From NCBI GenBank assembly GCA_039798785.1, contig JBDKFG010000003.1:47373-111372 (forward strand): a stretch of 64,000 nt of DNA, written 5' to 3'. Within the stretch, counting starts at the first letter, position 1. Each line of letters opens with the position of its first letter. The notes beneath the pieces are model-generated. The model had not been told where the DNA came from. It ran no database searches and saw nothing but the letters and a program-made list of their open reading frames with translations. Of this stretch, positions 8,640-20,431 are shown piece by piece. The translations under genes and the position numbers were made by a program. The DNA comes from Verrucomicrobiota bacterium. GTDB taxonomy: Bacteria > Verrucomicrobiota > Lentisphaeria > Lentisphaerales > Lentisphaeraceae.

Positions 8640-9932
8640 TCAGCGCACTTTGAAGATGGGTTGAATGGGGGCGCAGCCGAGCAGTAAAGGGAGCTCGCCG
8701 CGGGAAAGGGCGGCGGCCATCTCTTCGAAGACCTGATTGTAGGCGGCGGCGATCTTTGCGACCTCGGCGTCACCCAGGGCGTAGGAGACGTTATGCGAGG
8801 AGTTGATCATAATGCCCTTGGCGAGCATGCGACGGATGAAAAAGGTCTTGAGCTCGGCGGCGCTGGCGCCGGGGGCGTCCTTCCAGACAATCAGCTGCCA
8901 GGGCGGCAGACCGGTGAGGGAGTAGCAGTGCTCCAGACCGTGGCGACGGGCGGCTTCGAGGGCGATGCCGGCGACTTCGCGCCCGCGGCTCCACAGGGTG
9001 TCCACCACTGGCTCACGCTTGACTTTGAGCAGGACCGCCTTGGCGGCGGCGAGAGAGAGGGCTTCACCACCGGCGGTGCCGGAGAAGAAGATATCATCCA
9101 TCTTCGCCATGACGTCGGCGCGACCGACGACGGCGGAGATGGGCATGCCGTTGCCGAGAGCCTTGCCGAAGGCGGCGAGGTCGGGGGTGACGCCGAAGAG
9201 CTCCTGGGCGCCCCCATTGGCGAAGCGGAAGCCGGCGATGACCTCGTCGAAGATGAGGAGGGCGCCATGGCGGGCGCAGAGTTCCTTGACCTTGTGGAGG
9301 AAGCCATCCTTGGGCTTGGCGGCGTTGGCTGGTTCCATGATGACGGCGGCAAATTCACCCGGATGTTGATGGAAGAGGGCGTCGAGCGAGTCGAGGTCGT
9401 TGTAGACGAAGGAATGAGTCAGGGCGCAGACGGCATCCGGCACACCGAGTTTTCGGGTGGTGGAGCCGATGTACCAGTCCTGCCAGCCGTGGTAGCCGCA
9501 GACGGCGACGCGGTCCCGGTGGGTGAAGGCTCGGGCCAGGCGGATGGCGGCGGAGGTGGCGTCGGAGCCGTTCTTCCCGAACCGCACTTTTTCGGCGCAG
9601 GGAATGATGTCGATGAGCAGCTCGGCGACTTCCGCCTCGAGGGTGGAGGGCATCGAGAAGATGATTCCCTTGGCGAGCTGGTCGCGGATGGCGGCGTCGA
9701 CATCGGGATCGCAGTAACCGAAGAGGATGGGCAGCAGGCTGGAGACCAGGTCGACGTATTCGTTGCCGTCGATGTCCCAGAGGCGGGCGCCGGCGCCGCG
9801 CTCCATGAAGAGGGGGGCATGGCCCTTGGGGTACTGGAGGTGCGATTTCGAGAAGGTCTGCGAGGCCAGGGGAATGGACTGGAGGGCTCGCTCGAAGAAG
9901 GCGTTGGACTTGGCGTAGCGGGGGTCGGACAT
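8640..9932 (-). CDS. Class III PLP aminotransferase (glutamate-1-semialdehyde aminomutase-like, KdnA-like)
   Basis: SQTFSKS, WDIDGNEYVD, KNGSDAT, GYHGWQDW, FDEV and FGKALGNGMP motifs. Confidence 0.88.
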   Translation of the reverse strand: MSDPRYAKSNAFFERALQSIPLASQTFSKSHLQYPKGHAPLFMERGAGARLWDIDGNEYVDLVSSLLPILFGYCDPDVDAAIRDQLAKGIIFSMPSTLEAEVAELLIDIIPCAEKVRFGKNGSDATSAAIRLARAFTHRDRVAVCGYHGWQDWYIGSTTRKLGVPDAVCALTHSFVYNDLDSLDALFHQHPGEFAAVIMEPANAAKPKDGFLHKVKELCARHGALLIFDEVIAGFRFANGGAQELFGVTPDLAAFGKALGNGMPISAVVGRADVMAKMDDIFFSGTAGGEALSLAAAKAVLLKVKREPVVDTLWSRGREVAGIALEAARRHGLEHCYSLTGLPPWQLIVWKDAPGASAAELKTFFIRRMLAKGIMINSSHNVSYALGDAEVAKIAAAYNQVFEEMAAALSRGELPLLLGCAPIQPIFKVR

Positions 9933-9935
9933 GGA

Positions 9936-10691
9936 TCAACTCCGGATATCTTGCTGCAGCGACTTAAGGTAGCCTTCGTTGCGGAGGATGTTGCCGTTGA
10001 TCGAGGAGAGGGAGGGCTCTTTTTCCAGGATCTCGAGAATGTCCGCCATGCCGAAGCCGGGTTTCTTCGAGAAGAGCCGAGCGTAGATCGTGCGGACGAA
10101 TTCGAGATCTCGGGGCTCATCGACGGTCCAGCGCAGGTAGCCGAGGTCGACCTCGTTTTTCAGGCACTCGCGGCGGTAAGAGCTGTTCTGGCGCAGCCAA
10201 GGAGTGACATGCTCGCGCTGCGACTTAAGAGAGGCGGAACCGAGGGCTTCGAGAAGGCAGGAGTAGCGCATGACTTCGCAGTCGAGACCGTCGGGGAAGG
10301 TCGCGGTCTCGCAGTTGTTGGTGTAGTCGGCGCCAGAGTCGAGGTGGAGGCGGAGGGTGGCATCGATGACGGCGGCATCCGCCAAGGGGCAGTCGCCGGT
10401 GAGGCGGACGACGTGGGCGGGGGCAAAAGGGGCGGCGGCGCCGGCGAAGCGGGCGAGGACGTCATCGAGCTCGCCGCGGTGGACCGGAACGCCGTCGGCG
10501 GCGACGGTGGCGGCCAGCTCGTCGTCGCTCGGGTCGTCGCTGGTCGCCAGGACCAGCTTCTCGATCAGGGCGGAACGGCGGAGGCGTTCGATCTGGCGCA
10601 AGATCATCGGCCGTCCCTCGATGTCGAGCAGGACCTTGCGAGGCAGGCGTGAGGAGCTGGATCGTGCCTGGAGGATGGCGAGGATGTTCAT
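9936..10691 (-). CDS. SpsF-type cytidylyltransferase (probable CMP-nonulosonate synthetase)
   Basis: Start re-called at ATG 10691 (MNILAILQARSSSSRLPRKVL). Motifs VVRLTGDCPL, EHVT and RWTVD. Confidence 0.85.
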   Translation of the reverse strand: MNILAILQARSSSSRLPRKVLLDIEGRPMILRQIERLRRSALIEKLVLATSDDPSDDELAATVAADGVPVHRGELDDVLARFAGAAAPFAPAHVVRLTGDCPLADAAVIDATLRLHLDSGADYTNNCETATFPDGLDCEVMRYSCLLEALGSASLKSQREHVTPWLRQNSSYRRECLKNEVDLGYLRWTVDEPRDLEFVRTIYARLFSKKPGFGMADILEILEKEPSLSSINGNILRNEGYLKSLQQDIRS

Positions 10692-11569
10692 GTGAGTTTC
10701 CAGAGGGCGGGATTGAGAATCGCGGGATCGTCCACTGCCCATTCGGCGAAGTCGTCCGGCCCGAGATCGGGAGCGGTTTCCCAAGCGGCGAGGATCTCAG
10801 CCAGTTCGCGGCAACTGGTGACGCCGAGGACGAGGCGGCTGAAGTGTCCGACGCTCTTGCCAAAGGCGAGGCAGAGGGCCAGTGGGCTGCATCCGAGGTT
10901 GCCTGCCCAGGCGTGGAACCGCGCATGGTGATCCTTCCAGGGGGCGAAGTAGGTGGCGAGTTCCGCCGTCGGCATCAGCAACAGGCCCTGGAGGAAGAGC
11001 GAGCGGACGTGGATCTCGCAGCCCGCCTGTTCCAGTCTAGCGACGTGGCCGCTGCGGAGAAGTCGCTGGTCCCAGGCGCTTGCTGGCAACTGGATGACGC
11101 GGGCGGCGCCGTGCTCTAGAGCCAGGTCGATGTCGGCGGCGGTGTAGACCGAGACGCCCCAGCGTCCGGTGGCGCCTCGGGCTTCCGCTTCGTCGAGGGC
11201 GGCGCGGATTTGCGGCCACTCGGGGTGGACGAGGTCGCCGGGGTGGTGGAGGAGCAGGGTGTCGAGGGATCTGAGGCCGAGGCGCTGCAGCGATCCGTCC
11301 AGGCTGGCGCGGATGAAGTCTGCTGCGTCGCTCGGAGGCAGTCTGGGGATCTTGGAGACGATGCGAAAACGAGAGCCCGCGCCCAGGCCGCCGAGGACTT
11401 CCTCGCTCGTGCCATAGGCGGCGGCGCTATCGAGAAGGTCGATGCCGCGGGCACTGGCGAGGTCGAGAATGGCTGCGGCCTCTGCGGGAAGGATCTGGCC
11501 CGCCCGGTTGGAGACGCCGTAAGGGAGCCCGAATTGGACGGTCCCGAGGGCGAGCTTACAGGGTCTCAT
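10688..11569 (-). CDS. Aldo/keto reductase
   Basis: Start at ATG 11569. Motifs LALGTVQFGLPYG, DSAAAYG, LLLH, GVSVY and RSLFLQGLL. Confidence 0.87.
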   Translation of the reverse strand: MRPCKLALGTVQFGLPYGVSNRAGQILPAEAAAILDLASARGIDLLDSAAAYGTSEEVLGGLGAGSRFRIVSKIPRLPPSDAADFIRASLDGSLQRLGLRSLDTLLLHHPGDLVHPEWPQIRAALDEAEARGATGRWGVSVYTAADIDLALEHGAARVIQLPASAWDQRLLRSGHVARLEQAGCEIHVRSLFLQGLLLMPTAELATYFAPWKDHHARFHAWAGNLGCSPLALCLAFGKSVGHFSRLVLGVTSCRELAEILAAWETAPDLGPDDFAEWAVDDPAILNPALWKLT

Positions 11570-12212
11570 AAGCCAGGGAAGACACTTTCTTAAAAAGGTA
11601 CAGACCGATTGTGTCGTCGGGATCGACGGGAGTGCGCGAAAGTCCATGGTCGTGCACTGAGAAAGACAAAAGCTGCCATCCTGGATTGGCTTCGAAGAGC
11701 TTGCCGTAGTCGCATTTGTAGGAGTAGTAGCCATCGAAGTGTTTATAGGGCTTCTTATAGGGCTTTTTCGAATAGAAGTCGTAGATGATGAGGAAGCCGC
11801 CGTCGCGGAGGCTGCGCTCGTATTCGGCGCAGATTTTGTAGAGATCCTTGCGGTCGGCCAGGTAGAGACAGAAGCCAGAGATCAAGAGGTCGCAAGAGGC
11901 GTCGGCCACGGGGAGCTTGTCGGCCGTTCCCTGATGGAATTCAACTTCGGGGAAAGTTTGCCTGCCGTGATCGATCGCTTGCCGGGAAGGTTCGAGGCCG
12001 ACAACCCTGGCTCCTGTGATTTGTCTAAGATGGTGAAGCCGATAGCCGAAGGAGGAGCCGGTCTCGAGTATGGATTCTGGTCGCAGATCGGTCAGACCGA
12101 TGAGCTGGACTATGGGATCGGTAGCAGGATTCCAAAGCTGCAACTTCTCCAGGTTTCTTGTGAACCAGGAATCGCCTTCGCTGTCGAGGAAAAGTTGTTT
12201 CTGGTCGATCAT
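11556..12212 (-). CDS. Class I SAM-dependent methyltransferase
   Basis: ILETGSSFG motif I, GLEPS, GTADKLP and DLLISGFCLY. Confidence 0.82.
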   Translation of the reverse strand: MIDQKQLFLDSEGDSWFTRNLEKLQLWNPATDPIVQLIGLTDLRPESILETGSSFGYRLHHLRQITGARVVGLEPSRQAIDHGRQTFPEVEFHQGTADKLPVADASCDLLISGFCLYLADRKDLYKICAEYERSLRDGGFLIIYDFYSKKPYKKPYKHFDGYYSYKCDYGKLFEANPGWQLLSFSVHDHGLSRTPVDPDDTIGLYLFKKVSSLAYETL

Positions 12213-13354
12213 AGTAGGCTCCTGAGGGTGTCCACGACTTTGCGGAATTGCGGCTGAGTAATCACCGGGAACATCGGCAGGGAGATGGCTCCGGCGTAAT
12301 AGGCTTCCGCCGCAGGAAACTGTCCTTCCTGGAAGCCTAGCCGGCGGTAGTGCGGCTGGGTGTGCACCGGGATGTAGTGGACGTTGACGCCGATGCCGGC
12401 GGCGCGCAGGCTCTTGAAGAGCTCGAGGCGGCGGGCGGGTTCGTGCAGCTGGATGGTGAAGAGGTGGTAGGCGCTACGGGTGTCGGCCTGCTCGGCTTGC
12501 CAAGACAGAGGCAGGCCTTGCAGGGCTTCCTGGTACTGCCTGGCAATCTCATTGCGGCGGCTGACATATTCATCCAGACGCTCAAGCTGGCTACGGCCGA
12601 GGGCCGCCTGCAGATCGGTCATGCGGTAGTTGTAGCCGAGATCGATCTGCTGGTAGTACCAAGGGCCCTGGCTGTCGCCGTCCATCTGCGCCGGATCGCG
12701 GGTGATGCCGTGGGAGCGGAAGAGCTGCAGCTTGCGGGCGAGTTCGGGGTCGCGGGTCAAGGCCATGCCGCCTTCGGCCGAGGTGACGATCTTGACCGGG
12801 TGATAGCTGAAAATGGTGATGTCGCTGCATTGGCAGCTGCCGACGGCTTGGCCGCGATAGCTGCCGCCGACGGCGTGCGAGGCGTCCTCGATGATCTTGA
12901 AACCGAAGCGCCGGGAAAGGGCTTGAATGGCGGCCATGTCGCAGGAGAGGCCGCCGAAATGCACCGGTACGACGATGGCGGGGAGCCTTCCGGTCTTCTC
13001 GGCGGCGAGGAGCTTCTCCTCCAACTTGAGCGGGCAGAGGTTCAAGGTGGCCGGGTCGATGTCGACGAAATCGACCTGGGCGCCGCAGTAGAGGGCGCAA
13101 TTGGCCGAGGCGACGAAGGTGTTGGGCGAGGTCCAGAGGCTTTGTCCTGGACCCAGGCCCAGGGCCGCACAGGCGGCATGCAGGGCCGAGGTGGCGCTGT
13201 TCATAGCCACCGCAAAAGGTGCCCCGGAGAGACGGGCCTGCTCTTGTTCAAACTCCGGAACGGCGGGTCCCTGGGTCAGGAAATCCGAGCGCAGGACCCT
13301 AAGCACCGCTTCTTCGTCCTCCCGGGTGATTTCCTGTCTGCCGTAGGGGATCAT
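12209..13354 (-). CDS. pseC: UDP-4-amino-4,6-dideoxy-N-acetyl-beta-L-altrosamine transaminase
   Basis: True start MIPYGRQ at 13354. Motifs FLTQGP, NSATSALH, EDASHA, SYHPVK and GYNYRMTD. Confidence 0.93.
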   Translation of the reverse strand: MIPYGRQEITREDEEAVLRVLRSDFLTQGPAVPEFEQEQARLSGAPFAVAMNSATSALHAACAALGLGPGQSLWTSPNTFVASANCALYCGAQVDFVDIDPATLNLCPLKLEEKLLAAEKTGRLPAIVVPVHFGGLSCDMAAIQALSRRFGFKIIEDASHAVGGSYRGQAVGSCQCSDITIFSYHPVKIVTSAEGGMALTRDPELARKLQLFRSHGITRDPAQMDGDSQGPWYYQQIDLGYNYRMTDLQAALGRSQLERLDEYVSRRNEIARQYQEALQGLPLSWQAEQADTRSAYHLFTIQLHEPARRLELFKSLRAAGIGVNVHYIPVHTQPHYRRLGFQEGQFPAAEAYYAGAISLPMFPVITQPQFRKVVDTLRSLL

Positions 13355-13356
13355 CT

Positions 13357-14370
13357 TCAGGCCTGGAAATCCGGGTCGACATGCTGGCGGATCAGGGTCC
13401 GGATCTCCTCGATGCCGAGCCACTGGGTGTTGCGACCGGAGTTGATGCTGAAGCCTGGCTCGACCTGGGTGGCGCGATTCTGGCTCAGATAGTCCTGGAG
13501 CGACCAGGATTGGCCGCTGACCGGCAGGATGGCGTAGTACTTGCCGAGGTCGACGGTGGAGAAGGAGTCGGATTCGGTGATCATCTCTTCGTGGATCTTC
13601 TCGCCGGGGCGGATCCCGACCAGCTTGGTGGGGACGCCGGGGGCGATGGCTTCGGCCAGCTCGAGGATGCGGTAGGAGGGGATCTTGGGGACGAAGATCT
13701 CGCCGCCCCAGGAGTTGTTGATGGCGTAGGCGACCATTTCGCAGGCCTCGTCGAGGGTGATGTTGAAGCGGGTCATGCGTTCGTCGGTGATCGGCATGAC
13801 CCCGGATTTGCGCTGCTTGAGGAAGAAGGGGATGACCGAGCCGCGGGAGCCCATGACATTGCCGTAGCGGACGACCGAGAAGCGGATGTCGTGGGCGCCT
13901 TTGACATTGTTGGCAGCGACGAAGAGCTTGTCGGAGCAGAGCTTGGTGGCGCCGTAGAGGTTGATCGGCGCCGCGGCCTTGTCGGTGGACAGGGCGACGA
14001 CCTTCGAGACGCCGCATTTCAGAGCGGCGGAGATGACGTTTTCGGCGCCGATGATGTTGGTCTTGATGAATTCCGAGGGATTGTACTCGGCGGCGGGAAC
14101 CTGTTTCAGGGCGGCGGCGTGGATGACGATGTCGACCCCTTCGAAGGCGCGGACCAAGCGGGCTTCGTCGCGGACGTCGCCGAGGAAGTAGCGCATGATC
14201 GAACCCGGCGTTTCGTCGGAGTGAAGCTGCCGCATGTCATGCTGCTTCAGTTCATCGCGGGAGAGAATGATCAACTTCTTCGGCTTGCCCCGGGCCAATA
14301 TGTATTCGACCATGGCTTTGCCGAACGAACCGGTGCCGCCGGTGATGAGGATGGTTTTCTGGTCGAACAC
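13357..14370 (-). CDS. pseB: UDP-GlcNAc 4,6-dehydratase (inverting)
   Basis: GGTGSFG, SRDELKQ, HAAALKQVP, STDKA, YGATK and RYGNVMGSRGSV. GTG start with an upstream AGGAG. Confidence 0.95.
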   Translation of the reverse strand: MFDQKTILITGGTGSFGKAMVEYILARGKPKKLIILSRDELKQHDMRQLHSDETPGSIMRYFLGDVRDEARLVRAFEGVDIVIHAAALKQVPAAEYNPSEFIKTNIIGAENVISAALKCGVSKVVALSTDKAAAPINLYGATKLCSDKLFVAANNVKGAHDIRFSVVRYGNVMGSRGSVIPFFLKQRKSGVMPITDERMTRFNITLDEACEMVAYAINNSWGGEIFVPKIPSYRILELAEAIAPGVPTKLVGIRPGEKIHEEMITESDSFSTVDLGKYYAILPVSGQSWSLQDYLSQNRATQVEPGFSINSGRNTQWLGIEEIRTLIRQHVDPDFQA

Positions 14371-14516
14371 GGGAAACTCCTAAGAATACGCATTGTAACG
14401 GCACCTAAGTTGGTCTTGGATGCCTCATGCGCAAGCGACGCGGCAAAAAAAAGCCTCCACAGCCCAGGCTCCTTCTTGTCCTCCACACTGAAGCCGCTAG
14501 ACTAGGGCAACTTCCA

Positions 14517-15428
14517 ATGGATCCCCATTCTCCAATGCCTGCCCCGACCGTCAGCGTCATCATCCCTGCCTACAACGCGGCACGCTTCATCGGACGCACC
14601 ATGGATTCCGTCTCTCGCCAAAGTTTCGACGATCTGGAAATCATCGTCGTCGACGACGGCTCCACTGATGACACCGCAGAGATCGTTCTCAGTCATCCCG
14701 ATCCGCGGATCCGGCTCATCCGGCAGGCCAACGCCAGTCAAGCGGCGGCGCGAAATCGGGGCATCGCCGCCAGCTCAGCACCTTACCTGAGCTTCCTGGA
14801 TGCTGACGACCTCTGGACGCCGGACAAACTGGCCAAGCAGGTCGCTGCGATGGGTGACGTGGATCTGTGCTGCACTGATGGATCCTCAATTGACCTCGAA
14901 GACGCCTTGATCCAAACCGGTATCTTTCCCGGTCATTCAGGCGCTGTCTGGGAGAAGTTGCTGACCAGAAACTTCATCGCCTGCTCATCAGTGATGCTCA
15001 GGCGTTCCGCTTTAGAACCTCTCGACGCGTACTTCCGGTTAGGGCGTCAAGGGTGTGAAGATTGGGACTTATGGCTCAGGGTGGCCGCAAGAGGAACTGT
15101 GCGACACCTGGCGGAAAATCTTCTGCTATACCGTATCCATCCGGGGAATATCAGCAAAAGACTGGATTTGATGATCGCCAGCCAGAACCAAGTCCTCGAA
15201 GACGCCGCGGCAGCTCCACCTTTTGGCTTGCCGCCAGACCTGTTAGCCAAGAAAATCCGCCGCGCCAAAGTCCTGAATTCGATCCGGCATGGCCACCTCT
15301 GTCTGGCCACCCAACCTGACCAAGCTCAATCCTACTTCACTTCCGCGATCCGCACCGAATGGTGGTACTGGAGAAGCTACTGGGGGCTCGCCAAAACTTT
15401 TCTCCTCAAGGCCAGAAACTCTCCATGA
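14517..15428 (+). CDS. Glycosyltransferase family 2
   Basis: VSVIIPAYN, VVDDGSTD, ARNRG, FLDADD and EDWDLW. Start is either 14517 or 14535. Confidence 0.9.
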   Translation: MDPHSPMPAPTVSVIIPAYNAARFIGRTMDSVSRQSFDDLEIIVVDDGSTDDTAEIVLSHPDPRIRLIRQANASQAAARNRGIAASSAPYLSFLDADDLWTPDKLAKQVAAMGDVDLCCTDGSSIDLEDALIQTGIFPGHSGAVWEKLLTRNFIACSSVMLRRSALEPLDAYFRLGRQGCEDWDLWLRVAARGTVRHLAENLLLYRIHPGNISKRLDLMIASQNQVLEDAAAAPPFGLPPDLLAKKIRRAKVLNSIRHGHLCLATQPDQAQSYFTSAIRTEWWYWRSYWGLAKTFLLKARNSP

Positions 15429-15502
15429 CGCAACTCCCGCCTCTTCTGTCTCACTTTTTCGCCTAGCCTGAATCCATAGACAAACTGAACACGGAAATAA
15501 CT

Positions 15503-17699
<2,197 letters not shown>

Positions 17700-17713
17700 T
17701 CTCCGACCCCCAG

Positions 17714-18847
17714 ATGAAAGTCGCACTTCTCACCCACGAGCATCCGCTTAGCCCCCGTCCCGGGGGCATCGGCCGCTATTTGCGTGACTATGCTCCGGCA
17801 CTGGCCAAGGAAGTCGAGGTCACTCTGATCACCACGGAAGCTGGCCCTGAACTGCCAGGTGTCCGCCAGATCGTAGTGGATGGCTGGCGGAGCCTACCCA
17901 GCCCGGTGCGCACTTGGTTGCTTGCTGGTGAGATCGCCTCAAAGCTTCGCCAGATCCAACCGGACCTGGTGGAGGCTGCCAATTTTGGCGGGCTCGGATG
18001 TCAAGATGATGGACCTTGGGCGAAAGTCGTTCGCATGGCAACGCCGGTGAAGCACACGCCGGTCCGCCCCTCGTTCATGGCACGCCTAGCGCGACCTATC
18101 CACCATCGCTGGGAACAAGCCACTGCCGAACGCGCCGACTTGTGGATCAGCAACAGCGCCGCCAATGTCGAGACTTGTAAAGAGAACTATGCGTGCGACA
18201 AGCCGACACTAGTCGTTCCTCTTGGACTTAACCTGCAGCCAGCCCCTGTCCGGCCATCCCGTGGCGACCTCTTGTTTGTCGGTCGTATCGAAGTGCGCAA
18301 AGGAGTGGACACTCTTCTTCAGGCGTGGGATCGCGTCGTGCGCCAAGGTCTGACCGAGGGGACATGCTTGCACCTGGTCGGACGCGATATGGCAGGACGC
18401 CAAACCCCTAGTTTTCTCGGCGAATGCCTGGAAGGCCTTTCATTCAATGATCAGACCCTCAAAGTCCACGGCGGACTTTCAGAAGTCGAGTTGTCTGAGC
18501 TGCGGAGCCGTTGTGCCATCTGTGTCGTCCCTAGCCGCTATGAATCTTTCGGGCTCGTCTGTGTCGAAGCTTTTGCCGCCGGACATTGTGTCGTCGCAAG
18601 TGCAGCCGGGGGCCTGCAAGAAGTCGTCAAGGATAAGATAGACGGTCTGCTACTCCCGCCAGAATCGATCGAGGCTTGGTCGACGGCCTTGGCTCAACTG
18701 ATTCGTGACAACGACATGAGGCAGAGGCTGGCCTTGGCCGGAAGCGAAAGTCTACGCCGCGATTTCAGCGTCGAAACCATGGTCAAGCGGTCAATCGAGG
18801 CTTATCGGCAAGCTATTGCCATCCGTGCCTCTAGGGGTTCGTCATGA
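17714..18847 (+). CDS. Glycosyltransferase family 4
   Basis: GGIGRY, FVGRIEVRKG and PSRYESFGLVCVEA. Confidence 0.88.
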   Translation: MKVALLTHEHPLSPRPGGIGRYLRDYAPALAKEVEVTLITTEAGPELPGVRQIVVDGWRSLPSPVRTWLLAGEIASKLRQIQPDLVEAANFGGLGCQDDGPWAKVVRMATPVKHTPVRPSFMARLARPIHHRWEQATAERADLWISNSAANVETCKENYACDKPTLVVPLGLNLQPAPVRPSRGDLLFVGRIEVRKGVDTLLQAWDRVVRQGLTEGTCLHLVGRDMAGRQTPSFLGECLEGLSFNDQTLKVHGGLSEVELSELRSRCAICVVPSRYESFGLVCVEAFAAGHCVVASAAGGLQEVVKDKIDGLLLPPESIEAWSTALAQLIRDNDMRQRLALAGSESLRRDFSVETMVKRSIEAYRQAIAIRASRGSS

Positions 18848-19716
18848 AAGTGACGATAGGACTGCCGTGCTATAATGCCGCCGCGTGGCTCACAGATTGC
18901 CTACAGTCCATCCTCAATCAGACTCATCAGGACTGGATCCTGTTGGCTGCAGACGACGGCTCTCAAGACACCACTTCAGACATCCTGAACTCCTTTGCTG
19001 CTCGGGATGCACGCATCGTTGTCATCCGCGACGGCAAAAACCTCGGACTTGCTGCTCGACTCAACCAATTCGCGCAACTGTGCGAAACCGAGCTGTTGTT
19101 CCGGATGGACTCCGATGACATCATGCATCCCGAGCGGTTGGCGGTGGAAACTGCCTTCCTGATGTCAAAACCGTCCTGCGATCTGGTCGCAAGCTCTGTA
19201 TATGCGATTGATGGCGCCAACCAGGTGCGCACCCTGAGAAAAGGTCGGGCTTCAATCCCTACATCGGAGGATTTATTCGCCGGGGAGGTCATCTTTCATC
19301 CCAGCGTCGCGGGGCGCAGAGACTGGTTCCGGAGCAATCCCTACGATGAAAATTTGCGACTGAGCGAAGATTATGAGCTGTGGTGTCGCCAAGCCGGCGA
19401 AATGAAGGTGGCAATTCTCGATCAGCCATTGCTCTTCTACCGCGAGCATGGGAGCTTTAAGTATTCCAAATACCGATCTCAGGCCGCGATCACGGTGGCT
19501 GTTTTGCGGCGTCACGGCCAATCCCGAATCGGCAGCATCGCCACCACCCGGTTGATCGCCATCCGCAAACTCAAGAACCTGGTTTACGCCATCATTAACG
19601 CCTGTGGCCAGTGGGAAAAAGCGCTTGATCGACACGGCAATGCTCTTTCGCATGAACAACGAGAGGCGGCCGAAAGCGCCTTGCGGCAAGCGGTCGCACC
19701 CGTCACGAGTCTTTGA
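18844..19716 (+). CDS. Glycosyltransferase family 2
   Basis: TIGLPCYN, ADDGSQD, NLGLAARLN, RMDSDD and EDYELW. Confidence 0.88.
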   Translation: MKVTIGLPCYNAAAWLTDCLQSILNQTHQDWILLAADDGSQDTTSDILNSFAARDARIVVIRDGKNLGLAARLNQFAQLCETELLFRMDSDDIMHPERLAVETAFLMSKPSCDLVASSVYAIDGANQVRTLRKGRASIPTSEDLFAGEVIFHPSVAGRRDWFRSNPYDENLRLSEDYELWCRQAGEMKVAILDQPLLFYREHGSFKYSKYRSQAAITVAVLRRHGQSRIGSIATTRLIAIRKLKNLVYAIINACGQWEKALDRHGNALSHEQREAAESALRQAVAPVTSL

Positions 19717-20431
19717 TCGCCACAGCCAGCATATTCTGAGTGAGGACGTGGCGAAGCTCACCCGTTTCTGCGATCAGGCGCAGCCTTGGCACTAGGCTGA
19801 GCAAATGCCAAAGCCCCCATCTGATCCCACTTTTAATCCCGTGCACGACCGGCGTATCTTCATGAAAGGATGAGGGCCGCAATCCACAGCAGCGGAAGAT
19901 CTGTCGCAGGGAGCGCGTAGTGAAAGCCAGCTCATGTGTGAAATCGCCGTAGAGGACTTCCATTCCGTGTACCCCCGATGCGTTCGGAACATGGATGAGT
20001 ATTTTACCTCCTGGCTTCAAAACGCGATGACACCCATCAAGCAGATCAAAAACTTCCTGCTTGTCCAAGTGCTCGAGTATGTCCATGAGAAATATTGCGT
20101 CCACACTATCTGCCGCTTGCAGTGACAGGAAATCCTGAAGATCTCCACATTCCGCTTCATCAATACCCAGCGACCGCGCAACTGCCACCTGCTCCGCCGA
20201 ACGGTCAACGCCCCGACAATTCTTGTAGCCTTGCTTCTTCAAGGCATGCAGCAAACGGCCATTCCCACAACCCAGATCAAATAAAATGGCTGTACGATCC
20301 TGATCTAAGTGTTTCCGGATCATGAGATCCAGATATCGACTTTCCAGATCTGAAGGAGACGCAACCCGGATCGCCTGCCCCGAGCTGACATAACTATCGT
20401 AGAGACGTCGGCGCCATTCAGACATGAGCAT
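19703..20431 (-). CDS. Class I SAM-dependent methyltransferase
   Basis: FDLGCGNG, GVDRS, DILEHL, RVLKPGG and DFTH. Confidence 0.85.
   Translation of the reverse strand: MLMSEWRRRLYDSYVSSGQAIRVASPSDLESRYLDLMIRKHLDQDRTAILFDLGCGNGRLLHALKKQGYKNCRGVDRSAEQVAVARSLGIDEAECGDLQDFLSLQAADSVDAIFLMDILEHLDKQEVFDLLDGCHRVLKPGGKILIHVPNASGVHGMEVLYGDFTHELAFTTRSLRQIFRCCGLRPSSFHEDTPVVHGIKSGIRWGLWHLLSLVPRLRLIAETGELRHVLTQNMLAVAIKDS

Noticed and set aside
8640..9932. Annotation as hemL (tetrapyrrole synthesis)
   Set aside because: It is coupled within a nucleotide-sugar operon, and its N-terminal SQTFSKS and GYHGWQDW motifs fit the sugar-cluster subfamily better.
13355..14017. Long N-terminal extensions in the ORF track (pseC, and likewise DUF1456, HPr, AKR, gmd, adhesin)
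   Set aside because: The extensions overlap neighbouring genes or intergenic DNA and carry no family motifs. Starts were re-called at downstream ATGs.
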